DNA of 62,776 bases, counting the filler, from Basidiobolus meristosporus CBS 931.73 (Eukaryota; Fungi; Basidiobolomycota): the NCBI GenBank assembly GCA_002104905.1. It is 4 parts of 4 records of this genome, joined end to end, with 100 filler letters (N's around TTAATTAATTAA, not from the genome) between each part and the next. Parts side by side here need not be neighbours in the genome. Positions count along the whole stretch, not along the records: positions 1 to 19,298 come from MCFE01001035.1; 3 more parts are not named here. One strand, given 5' to 3'. Under the pieces are notes generated by a model, which was given only the letters and a program-made list of their open reading frames with translations, was not told the origin of the DNA and made no database searches. Of this stretch, positions 1 to 10,600 are shown one piece after another. Position 1 is the stretch's first letter. The number at the start of each line of letters is the position of its first letter. A program made the translations under genes and the position numbers.

Positions 1-1
1 C

Positions 2-490
2 GCTTCATTGCAAGCAATTTCCGCTACCCCACTTGGTGAATCCCAGGTGGGCTACACCAATGAGCCATGCGTCGAACAACAGGGTGCTTGTTATCAGGAC
101 ACTTCGGCCCCCGGTCAAGAATACCAGCCGTCAACTGAGGAGGGAGATGATTCGGATATGAGTGAGCCAATGCAAACAAGCAAGACTTCGGGTGAGCAGT
201 CAGGATTCTCTGGGTTGCAAGGGTTCGACATTTCAAATCTTCAACCATCCCAAGCCTTGTTGGACAAAATCAATGGCCATTCTTCCAGTAAAGCCAATGC
301 CTTGTCCAACTCAAACCAGTTTGACCAAGCGCAAGTCATTGATCAAACCCTCTACCAGCCCAAGCAGCAACAGCCACAAATTATCATCACTCAGCCAGCA
401 GTGCGTGCACCTAGAGGGGGGTACAAGAAGTATAAGAGATCTGCTCGTCGCCACTTCAAAGTTAGATATTTCAGTGGAAACAGACATTAA
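2..490 (+). CDS. Secreted modular family, class A member 1 (5' end/signal peptide lies upstream of the window)
   Basis: Frame open from base 2 (ASLQAISATPLG, resembling the end of a signal peptide). Motifs CVEQQGACYQ, acidic EEGDDSD, LLDKINGHSSSKANALSNSNQFDQAQVIDQTLYQPKQQQPQ, then a K/R-rich tail. Clear paralogs at 6085, 7309, 9643 and 10220. Confidence 0.8.
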   Translation, partial: ASLQAISATPLGESQVGYTNEPCVEQQGACYQDTSAPGQEYQPSTEEGDDSDMSEPMQTSKTSGEQSGFSGLQGFDISNLQPSQALLDKINGHSSSKANALSNSNQFDQAQVIDQTLYQPKQQQPQIIITQPAVRAPRGGYKKYKRSARRHFKVRYFSGNRH

Positions 491-864
491 GTCTAGTAAA
501 AGTAAATTTACGAAATAAAATGAGCAACATATTACTAGGTATACTGATGATGTACAAGTACTCAAGAATTTGCTGATATGCACACGCAGAAATAGCGTCC
601 CTTATCGTTGTACACAGTGTCATTGTTCGTATTGAAGAGAATTATGGGTAGCGGTGACAGAGCCATGTATATATACACAGAGGCGGTCATTCCAGTGCAT
701 GTGTTTTATATGTTACACGCTTCCTCAATAAAGTCTATAACAGAATGTAAAGCATGCCTAATTTAATAAGACTCGCTTTATGCCCTCAGTTTAACCTTAT
801 TATATAGCCTCCCATGCTATATAGCGTCGTATGTATCTAACTTATTTCTCAGCTATTCTTCAGC

Positions 865-1362
865 ATGCGCTCTACTACCATAGCAGTTATTCTAGGCCTT
901 GCCGCTCTTCAAGTTGCCATTGCTGCCCCAATCGGCTGTTCTTCTCCATGCACTCGCGAGTATAGAAGGGTGCATTATCGCAGCTTACCATGTGCACAGT
1001 ATGCGAGTGATTGCTACCAAAACGCTCGAGTTTTGCCTGTTGTTAAGACGTCGAATGTCCAATCCCCGCTATTGCACCAGGTTTTCACCACGGTGACCAG
1101 AAAGCACGATAACCTGAACATTGCTAATGCCAACAGCAATAAAGGCTTCAATGTCAAGTATCAAGCAGGACCCAGTCTCGAACTGGAGGGTGGGGCCAAT
1201 GCATTAGAATATGCCAAGCAAAAGGGAGCGGAACACTTGGAAGATAGTTCTTTCTCTCCCTACGTCCTGATGCAGCCCACCCAAGATATACAATACACAA
1301 CTCCTGCGGCAGAGATGCAATGCGTTGAAGATTGTCCAGAGCAAAACGTTCAATACAATTAG
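865..1362 (+). CDS. Small secreted Cys-containing protein, class B, related to the cluster family (165 aa)
   Basis: ATG plus hydrophobic signal MRSTTIAVILGLAALQVAIA-API. Contains CAQYASDCYQ, the same C-x6-CYQ motif as class A. A truncated paralog lies at 6953. Confidence 0.8.
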   Translation: MRSTTIAVILGLAALQVAIAAPIGCSSPCTREYRRVHYRSLPCAQYASDCYQNARVLPVVKTSNVQSPLLHQVFTTVTRKHDNLNIANANSNKGFNVKYQAGPSLELEGGANALEYAKQKGAEHLEDSSFSPYVLMQPTQDIQYTTPAAEMQCVEDCPEQNVQYN

Positions 1363-1732
1363 TGCGATGACATGAGCTGAAAATGTAGGTAGTCATCACC
1401 ACGCTACAACCGAAAATTTTCAATCAATAAAATTCAAATGACATTCTTATACTTGTTGTTACTTGTGATCAGCTTTTTACTTGCACACACCTGTGTCATG
1501 ATCAGAGCTGCGGGCATTAATATTAGATATTCGCTTACGTAATAATATACTCACCCTCAGTCTTTAGTAATGCTGCCCTCCACCGAAAAGTTTGATATTA
1601 GAGAGAATGTCTGGTAGGGTTACCGGATTGACTTTGGTAACACAAAGATTCGAGATTGACAGACTGCCCAGTGACTGTTAGCATATTGATATTTCCTCTT
1701 ATCATTTTTGTGCAAGCTAAGACTAAAACAGA

Positions 1733-1814
1733 TGATGAGGGTGGGGTTCGAACCCACGCCTCCGAAGAGACTGCGACCTGAACGCAGCGCCTTAGACCAC
1801 TCGGCCACCTCACC
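1733..1814 (-). tRNA. tRNA-Leu (anticodon CAG), intronless, 82 nt
   Basis: Reverse complement GGTGAGGTGGCCGAGTGGTCTAAGGCGCTGCGTTCAGGTCGCAGTCTCTTCGGAGGCGTGGGTTCGAACCCCACCCTCATCA. Acceptor stem GGTGAGG/CCTCATC, anticodon arm CTGCG-TTCAGGT-CGCAG, long variable arm, GGTTCGAAC T-loop. Confidence 0.97.
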
Positions 1815-2443
1815 AGTTTGAAAACGTGTTAAATCATAAATTTTGCATCCAGGTTGTGGAAAGGTAAACTATCTGAAGTCAATAACATAAGTATGACCTT
1901 GAGATCAATATATTCCACTCGCAATCTTCTATGCTTCCATGTCATATCTGTTACTACCTGTGGTACGTATAACTTGAAAGGGTAACTTACCTTTGAGCCT
2001 ATGACTATCGGCCCTACATATAATAAATAAAAGTAAAGATCAAAGAACTGCCATTGATATTCGAAATGCGGTATCGAGCATTTCTGTCAAGTTTGTATCT
2101 TGCTGTAGTTGCTTATGAAAGTCTAGTGGACCGTGAGTGGTGAATGGTAACAAACATGTACTAAAGGCCTTTGAATTTGTGCAATCGTTAGTCATGATAT
2201 GCACATTATCTATTGAGCATGGCTTAGTAGTGAGGCAAACTACAGAGAATTGAGGCTTGATGCGGGATAAATTAGACTGTGATCTGACTGAATTATGTTG
2301 ATACCACATTTGGCATCCCAGCGCACCGAATTCCTGGGTTCTTCCTGAGGGCATATTTGTTTACAATCACTTCGATCGCTCGCTTTTTACCTTGAAGATT
2401 CTATAAATATAGCACGGACACCATTGCACTCCCCTACTTATTT

Positions 2444-2990
2444 ATGAAACTTCCATTTTCTATCGTTTTATTTATCGCAGAGACGTCACTGCTCCCTTTG
2501 CGGTCATTTGCCAGGTCACAGTATCTGAAAAGAGGAAGCTGAGCTTCAAAGACTCTATAAGGAGGAAAGATTACCGTCTTTGCTGGAGGAGATTTACCCA
2601 ATGCTGGCGCCGATATTGTGAAGGCGTTTGAAAGCAAGTTCCCCGGAGCCATGCTCAACATCACTACTGACTTCAGCAAGTATCACAACCAATTGATTGA
2701 CACGCCATTAGCATCTATTTCTCATATACTGTTCATGAAGAATTCTAACCTTACTGTAGGTACAAGCCAATTGGCTTTAAACACACCTATGCTCCGTACA
2801 AAGACAAGGATGGCTACTACTGGGCTACAAATATATTCTACTTTACAAACTTACTCAGTAACACCATTCATGGTAAACAACGGCCAATTGAAGCCAAGTT
2901 CATTCCTACAAAAGCCTTATTCCCATCTTGGGCACAAACAGGAGCTGTCTTCAAAAAAGTGAAGCATCCAGCAGGTGCCCGGCAACAACG
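2444..2990 (+). pseudogene. Decayed periplasmic-binding-protein-like II (ABC-type Fe3+/thiamine solute-binding family) gene
   Basis: TATA at 2402 and ATG at 2444. Fragments in shifting frames: ELQRLYKE / GKITVFAGGDLPNAGADIVKAFESKFPGAMLNITTDFSKYHNQLID / YKDKDGYYWATNIFYFTN / FPSWAQTGAVFKKVKHPAGAR. These match my recollection of this family's motifs (GGD...AFEKRFPG..LN..VDxSKYH; SWxQTxAI.K.AxHPxxA). Stops, frameshifts and a large internal deletion. Confidence 0.7.
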
Positions 2991-4779
2991 GTTCCTGTAA
3001 TGGGTACCAGCCAGCATCTGAGGAAAGTGGCTCAGTAATGAGTGAAACGATTTGGAATTTTTGGATTAGAATGATAAAGAGTACTCTAGACTTTGGTGAG
3101 AAGCATAACTCTTGGTATTTATTATTATCCCTTAAGCATATATGCATTTATGCGCATTCAAACAATTATAAATGATTCTATTGGAGAACTCGGGTATTAG
3201 GATTCCAATTATCCTCCTCAGATCAAGAACGAAGTTATCCTAGCAACTCTGCCATATATGCTGGCATACTCCTTGTATGCCGTATAGAAAGAAGTAGAGT
3301 TGGATCCTTGTCAAAATAACTAAAGTCTAACAAGTTCCTGCTGATCAAAGTATGGAGTCAGCTCTACCGATTGGCTATCAATTGCAGAGTAGTGGCATGG
3401 CTCTAATAGGGATAAACACCTTTTTGTGCAATTGCTAAGGAACCTCTGTCACTGTACCTATAATAGTACAAATTTAGGGTACAGGCAGCGTGATATACTT
3501 TCTTATTTGTGTTGACACATCCTTTTGGCAACAAACAAATCTATATTTTTCAGAAAGCGGATTGAGAGATTTAACAAGGAAAATATAGTCACTAGCTTTA
3601 ACAGTCCTGTTTTGGTTTTAATATTCCTCAGCACCCAAGAGCACCACCTAAATCTAATACGGAGAAGGCTAGATATTTTACAGGCATAGGCACGTTGTGT
3701 CTTACACAAAATTGAATATTTCCACTTAAATCTTGAATGTGTACAAAGTTGGCTTTTTTATATGAATTTTAGCCATGATTCTAGCCAGGATTATAACTAA
3801 GTCACCTGTCTAAAGCAACTGATGAGGAGCTTTAGGGGATTTCTATGGGAATGTCAAAGCGTCTTTTAATACTGCAAGATACACCTCTAAAATCTCTACA
3901 ATTCGGGCTGGTGGGGCTTTTCCCATGGTTTTATCATTGATTTTAGCAGAACCAGGTATTCCTTTGAGATACTAGGCTAAGAGCTTTCACATCCCTCAAA
4001 TTGCAACGTGTTCACTTCACAATTGGACCAGTGCAAGTGTATATTTCTTTTGAGCCGATTCCAGATGACATTTGACCAATTGACAAGTACTTGGTGGATT
4101 GGTGTAGTATCCTTGAATTCCCTAGAGTGGTACTTCCGTTATAATCCATTGTATCCTGTGAGCAGAACAACACATATTCATATCAATAATATCTGCATTG
4201 TTTGCTGGTCCACAACTCTAGCTACTTTGACAAGTGGCCCACAATCCCCGCAGAAGAAATACTGTTTGAAATAAATCATCACAATAGCTTTAGATCTAAA
4301 TGCGTCTCAATGTCCAAAAGAAGTATTGGCCAAGGGCATGCGCCTCTACATAAAACCATGAAAACCGTAAAACTTTATTTTATCTAAACTTGGTCCACTC
4401 AGAATCATGCGCTTCTCTAACATTTCATCAAACATGCTTTTTCAATTGCTTATAATATGTTAGCCTTGCAAAATACCAAAAATAGTGGTGGCAAGTGTGG
4501 TTACACTATATTTCGTGGCCACCTCTGCATTTGTTAAACTCATTTAACATACCTTTGTTTAACAATCAAGCATCTTGTGCCCCCTTTGACTGAACCTTTG
4601 CAAAAAGTCTGAAAGTGTAATTTATTACTCCGCTATTTCCTACTATGGGATTGATCATGGTTGAGCAGTATATAAATATCCGATCGACTAATACCACTTT
4701 ATCATTACTTACAGGGTCAAGTATATTCACAAGCAAGTTCACTAGCCTGGTTTTATTTCTTTCTTAACTAACTGAATAG

Positions 4780-5127
4780 ATGCCTGGTAGCTATACAAGT
4801 GTCAGGGAATGCTGGTTTCGACGTGGTGGACCGCAGAATCGCCAGCATGAGTTTGGAAAAGTCAGTCACCCATCAGGATTGGCAATCTTTAATCATATCC
4901 ATGGTGTGGAAAGTGGAGAGATTGAAATTCCGGTTCTTCTTGCGGGTGTTGAAGAGCATGACCTTGATGAAATCTGCAGTGACCAGACTAGTGCCTACTT
5001 TGTCTTAGATACAAAGCTTAGAATTGAGCGCATACTAAGTGGCCAAGATGAGATAAGGCTTTGGCTGCAAAACAATGTCAATCGTGCATTCATCATCCTT
5101 TGCCTAGGTGATACTGCCATGGAGTAG
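4780..5127 (+). CDS. Hypothetical 115-aa ORF, no recognisable family
   Basis: ATG-started ORF with a TATATAAAT element about 110 bp upstream. No motif recognised; may be spurious or a remnant. Confidence 0.25.
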   Translation: MPGSYTSVRECWFRRGGPQNRQHEFGKVSHPSGLAIFNHIHGVESGEIEIPVLLAGVEEHDLDEICSDQTSAYFVLDTKLRIERILSGQDEIRLWLQNNVNRAFIILCLGDTAME

Positions 5128-6084
5128 ACAAAGTAGTAGCAATGTCTCTTTAGGTGCTCATGCGTTGTTGGAATACTTATGCCGAGTAAATTCAGCGAAA
5201 CTATCCAAATACTTCTTCCAAATGTAGAATTCTGATATGTGATGGCCAATATTGTATAGTCTTATATTCAGGACAATGGCATACCACTGGTCGTTTAATG
5301 CTCTAATAACCAAATTACTGCTCTGCTATAAAAAAGCATACCTGCACAGGAGCAAGCACAATACTTGCTTAGGCGTATCTCAGCCAAGTCATTATTTTTA
5401 ACATGCCATACTGTAAGTCCAAATTGGTTAAAATGGATTCCTTTCTAAAGCTTAGTTTGAATAAAAGGATTAAATGTTACCTCTTTGAAAGTTAACAATG
5501 CCTCACCATTAGACTGTTTCTTATTTTTTGTTCCGGATGAGCATTCAGGGAATCAATGCTCTTGTTATGTTTGTTGAGTATATGATATGGATTGCCATGA
5601 TTAAGTTCATTTCTTAGTTTTTGATGGACATTTCTAGATATTATGAGAATGCTCGTTTCCTTGTATAGTGCGCATTTCACTATAAAGAGATCAGCAAGCA
5701 AATTATCAGTGATGATTGTGATCAGAGAGTTGTGGCGTTAGGTCACCATTGCTGACCCATTCGACTGTTCCTCCGCTTGAGTTTGAATGTATAGAAGAGT
5801 TTATTATTGTAGCTGTCCATGATCAAAACGTCCAGGTTTTGCCTGTGGTTAAGATGCCCAATCTCTACTATTGTGCCAGGTTTTCTCAACCATGACCAGA
5901 AAGCACGTGACCTGTTCTTACATAGATTCTGTAGTATCTCTCTTTGCCGATATTTTGGGTTTGAATATATGGATATATAAGCCATTGGTCACTATGCAGA
6001 ACTAGAAATAGGATTAACCATGACAAATTATGCCAACTACTTTTATAAAGTGCACCGGTGACTACCAGTCCCTGCTTGTTTAGA

Positions 6085-6538
6085 ATATAACTTGCTATCA
6101 CTCTACTGGCCTTATCCATACAGGCAATACCTGTTGCAGCAGAGTGTCAACTTGTGTGGGGAGCAAGTAAGCCCCTGTTATCAAGAGGCTCAATCACCCA
6201 AATAGGACTATCAGCCAGAACAGAATGATCATGATGAGGAAGATTTTGATACAGATGAGGGCGAAAGTAACATTTGAGACTCAATGGAAGATATTACCAC
6301 CCAACCAAGGTCATCCTATGGTCCAGAGTCCAATATAGCTGATATGCAGCCAAGACAAGTGAACGCTCACTCCTCTAATTAATCTGATGCGCTAACAAAC
6401 TGCAATCCGTTTGACCAAGCCCTCAGGCAGCCTAAGCAGCAGCAACCCCAGATTATCATCACCCGGCCAGCAACTTGTATCCATGGTGGTAACAGATCAT
6501 GTTCAGTAGTAATATATACTTACGACTATTTCAGTTGA
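6085..6538 (+). pseudogene. Class A secreted-family pseudogene
   Basis: Aligns with 7309-7875 but ATG CAA is mutated to ATA TAA, with more stops and deletions. Retains CGEQVSPCYQ, an acidic tract and PKQQQPQIIITRPATC. Shares the upstream block ACAAATTATGCCAACTAC..TATAAAG. Confidence 0.85.
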
Positions 6539-6952
6539 AATCACTTTATACTGTTCCCGATGCCTATTTCTATGGAGTCTCACCATGGGAACAGGTTTAG
6601 GATTGATCTATATGGAGGTTGAATACCCCCAAATGCGCCGCCATTTCACCAAGCTGGATCATAGAGATATGTATGTCATTGGTCAATGCTTAGCTGAGTT
6701 GGTGATAGTGAGAACTCATTATAACTTGGGCAGTCCTATATGTTGCTACTACCTAAGTGACTCCAGACGTGGTTGGCGACTGCATTGAAATCATTCAAAC
6801 GAATATCAAAAACGTCCTTGTTACCTATCATGTATCTACCACAGAAATTAGAAAGCTAATCAGCTATCAATCAATATCCAAGCCTTAATATGTAGCCAAA
6901 TACAATATACACTACGCAATGTATAAAGCAAACTACTCGGTTATTCTTTGAG

Positions 6953-7051
6953 GTGCGTGCAACTACTATTATGATGATTTTGGCCCTTGTATTACTTCAG
7001 GCCACCATTGCAGCCCCAGTCCCATGTTTCTCTTCATGTTCCCGAAAGTAA
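6953..7051 (+). pseudogene. Truncated class B paralog (of 865-1362)
   Basis: GTG-RATTIMMILALVLLQATIAAPVPCFSSCSRK* aligns with MRSTTIAVILGLAALQVAIAAPIGCSSPCTRE. TATAAAG about 30 bp upstream; homology ends after about 33 codons. Confidence 0.75.
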
Positions 7052-7308
7052 AGTAAAAAGGCGAGACCACTTGTGATTATAAAATCAAGTATGATTTCCT
7101 ACACGTATTTATCTTATTTATGAGCTAAGTATTGTTCTTACATAGATGACATAATATCTCGCTTTGTCAATATTAAGGGATATCATCTATGGATATATGA
7201 GCCATTAGCCGATACTTTGCCTAGCTAAATATAGGATTTAGCATAACAAATTATGCCAACTACGGTTATAAAGCGAGCTTGTGGCCGGTGCTACACTGCT
7301 TATCAAGA

Positions 7309-7875
7309 ATGCAACTCACTATCGCTTTACTGGCCTTCTACATTGCCTCCATCCAGGTAATCCATGTTGCAGCTGATGAAGCTTCTCAGGCCAGCTACAG
7401 TGACAATTCGTGTGTGGAGCAAGTAGGCCCTTGCTACCAAGAAGCTCAATCCCCCGGATATGATTATCAGCCAGAACAGGATGATGGTGACGAGGAAGAT
7501 TATGACATGGATGAGGGGGGAGGCGAAGGTGAAGGCGGAGACTTAATGTAAAACACTACCACCCAGCCAGAGTCATCCTATAGTTCAGAGTCGGATATTT
7601 ATGACTTCAATATAGCTGATATACAGCCACGACAGACCTTGTTGGGCAAAGTAAATGCTCACTCATCCAACAGCGCGGACGCACTCTCTCAATCCAATCA
7701 GTTTGACCAGGCCCAGGTCATCGACCAAACCCTCTACCAGCCCAAGCAGCAACAACCCCAAATTAACATCACTCAGCCAGCAACCTGTGGCTATGGTGGT
7801 AACAGAAAGAAGACAAGAGATCAGCCCACAAGTACCTTAAGAACAGATACTTGGATTACTATTACAAATAAATAA
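7309..7875 (+). pseudogene. Class A secreted-family gene interrupted by one in-frame TAA (7549-7551)
   Basis: MQLTIALLAFYIASIQVIHVAA signal, CVEQVGPCYQ, acidic tract. ORFs 7279-7551 and 7639-7875 are in the same frame, separated only by TAA where the 6085 paralog has GAA. Confidence 0.8.
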
Positions 7876-8740
7876 CCCATTTGAAGTCACTGAAACATCA
7901 GCAGCCTTGGTGTGCAAACTGCTATACCACAGGCATTAACAATGGTTGCTACTAGCCTTGTTCCAAAACCGCAACTTTAATTGAGTTTTTGCATATAAAT
8001 TCTTGATTAGCACTATTTTTTAACTTTTTGAATTTCCAGTAAGAACACTTCTTTTCCCCCTAATATCGCTCAAAGTAACAGTCTGCCCATCTACAGAGCC
8101 AGTAGATAAACTCAGGGAAGTGTTGGAGAGTGTCGTTGAGGAAGCAAAAAGCGATATGACTCATACTACGAGTTGTCAAGCGAGTGCTCGAAGCGTGCAC
8201 ACAGGAATGGCACTGTTCTTACGTAGATCATTATTTCATTGTCAGTTTGCAGAAATATCTTTCATCATAAATAATACCTTCGATTTTTTATCCCCAAAAT
8301 TGTGGGTCTAATTATGAAAATTTTCCACACTTCTTCTGTGGTAAATATAGCGCTACACCCTCTAGGTGATAATTGCGCTTGAAGTAGCCTAATAAAGCTT
8401 ACATACTCTTTCTTTCAACCATGAAGAAATAGGGAATTTACTAGAAATAATATGAATAGTATGATGCCAAGTGAGCAATACAGCAATTAATGGGCACATA
8501 TACCCGGGCTCAAATCTCACCCTCCCATAAATATTCACCTCATATGATGGCTGATAAGCAGGGAGGCATAGTCCGTCTGTAATGATGGTGATGGAGCAGA
8601 ACATATATACGTATATACCTCTTTTCTCACTAAAAGCCTGCGGAAGGGATGAATATTTACATAATGCATATCTCTCCATGTACTCTGGTTTCCCTATTTT
8701 ATTGTTAACAGCGTAGGAATCTCAGTGCTGCATGTTTACG

Positions 8741-9080
8741 TTAATATCTGTAGCGGTGTCGTTCACAATGACTACACGATGGTTGATCATAATCATCACT
8801 TTCGTATTTGTCTTCGTCCTCATCTGGGATATATGTAGGCGTAGATGGTTGGAACAACGTCTGATCCACCAACTGCACCTGGTCATATTGATTTGAGTTG
8901 GAGAGAGCTTGGACATCCTGCGCAGAGTTAGCCTGGATGCTGTCCAGCAACGGAGAGGCATCTGGGACATCCGATGGGTAGTCTGTCGATGAATATGATT
9001 CAAGGTATGGTGTCTGGTTGTTGTATGTATTGATGGGCCAAGAATACTATGGTGGATAGAATGTAGGTATTGTAATGCAT
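8741..9080 (-). pseudogene. Class C secreted-family gene with a frameshift just after the signal peptide
   Basis: ATG at 9080 gives MHYNTYILSTIVFLA; an adjacent frame gives PINTYNNQ...PLLDSIQANSAQDVQALSNSNQYDQVQLVDQTLFQP...DEDEDKYESDDYDQPSCSHCERHRYRY*. Collinear with 10220-10600, including the 5' UTR. Confidence 0.75.
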
Positions 9081-9642
9081 TTTGGTGCTTAGTGATACTA
9101 GACAATTACTTTTATCCACACTTTTATACATGATATACATGATAGGCATGATTCATCAATGATCATCAGCTACCCAAGCACAGTTTACTAAATTATCTAG
9201 CCAAAGTTAATCATCATTTTATTCAGAACTAAATGAAGAATCGATTATCATTTCACATACATTTCACATTCAATAGTGAAACCAGTGTTATTGATCAGCG
9301 ACCAGGTTAACCAATCATTGGGTTGCATGACGAAAAATAAATAAGCATCAATTGACCAATTGGCATTTAGGATTGGCATTCAATATTGGGTTGGTACTAG
9401 CTATTATCAATCCTCAAGTCTTCAACTAGGCGAGACCACTCGTGATTATAAAATCAGTCTATAAGTATGATTTACACTATACGTGTTAGCGTATTTATTT
9501 CTCGTATCTATGAGCTAAGTATTGTTTTTACATGGATTACATAATATCTAGCTTTGTCAATATTACGGGATATATGAGCCATTAGTCGATACTTTGCTGA
9601 GTTAGATATAGGATTTACTGTTATGCAGTTCTAGAGTTCTAA

Positions 9643-9891
9643 CCAGAACAGGATGAGGGCGAAGGTGAAGGTGAAGGCAGAGACTGAATGGACGGCACTA
9701 CCACTCAGCTAGAGTCACGTGTTCCTGACTTCAAGACAAAGTCAAAGCTCACTCATCCGAGTCACTCATCCAACAACGCGGATGCACCCTCTCAGTCCAA
9801 TCAGTTTGACCAAACCCTCTACCAGCAAAGCAGCAACAATCCCAAATTACCATCACTCAGCCAGAAACCGCTAGCTATGGTGGTAACATAA
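9643..9891 (+). pseudogene. Class A secreted-family fragment (5' part deleted)
   Basis: PEQDEGEGEGEG, HSSNNADAPSQSNQFDQTLYQQ and a QK-PLAMVVT-like 3' end align with 7470-7810. Follows the same upstream block as 7060-7250. Confidence 0.7.
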
Positions 9892-10219
9892 TCAAGTACA
9901 ATCACAAGTACTTCAGGGTCAGATATTCCGGCAGAAATAGATACTTCAGAAATAAATTCCACTTTATACTGTTGCCAATACCTATATCTATGGCGTAGCA
10001 CGATGGGGAGCAGGACAAGGCTGTCCAGTTTGCAAGATAATAAGCCAGCTACGATTAGTGGACAGTAGATGAATTGGATAATGATGGAAATAAACAATAA
10101 ATCATAGTAGCTGGGGAAGTTGTTGGCTGGCTGTTACTGAACGCTCTGTATTAGCACGCAGTAGGCACATAAGAATTTATTTATGACAGAATGAAAAGGA
10201 TTGATTATATTTGTTTGCA

Positions 10220-10600
10220 TTAATATCTGCGTCTACGGTTGCGTCGTTGACAACGGTTGCACGACGGTGAATCGTTGTCGTCGCCTTCATCCAAAGCGAC
10301 AGTTTGCACGTATGACGGCACAGATTCAGGTTGGTACAATGTCTGATCTACCTGTTGCACCTGGTCGTATTGGTTCTGGTTAGAAAGAGCCTGAGCATCT
10401 TGCGCGGAATTAGCCTGGACATTATCCAGCAAGGGATAGGTGTCTAGAGAGTATGTTGGAATAGATGATATCGCAGGTTCAGCATCTGTAAAGTCGGGTG
10501 TCTGTTCTAGTTGTTGGTCATAGTACGCCTCAATGGGTGATGCATAGGTTAAACTGGCTAACAGTAGTAAGGTGAATGGAATGTGGATAATACAAGGCAT
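10220..10600 (-). CDS. Secreted modular family, class C, intact (126 aa)
   Basis: Signal MPCIIHIPFTLLLLASLTYA-SPI, core LLDNVQANSAQDAQALSNQNQYDQVQQVDQTLYQP, acidic DEGDDND, tail SCNRCQRRNRRRRY*. Confidence 0.88.
   Translation of the reverse strand: MPCIIHIPFTLLLLASLTYASPIEAYYDQQLEQTPDFTDAEPAISSIPTYSLDTYPLLDNVQANSAQDAQALSNQNQYDQVQQVDQTLYQPESVPSYVQTVALDEGDDNDSPSCNRCQRRNRRRRY

Noticed and set aside
1598-1813. ORFs overlapping the tRNA-Leu
   Set aside because: They are translations of the tRNA sequence.
6085-6538. RIP-like mutation (ATG CAA to ATA TAA)
   Set aside because: The other lesions are transversions and deletions, and the TE copies show CpG rather than CpA bias.
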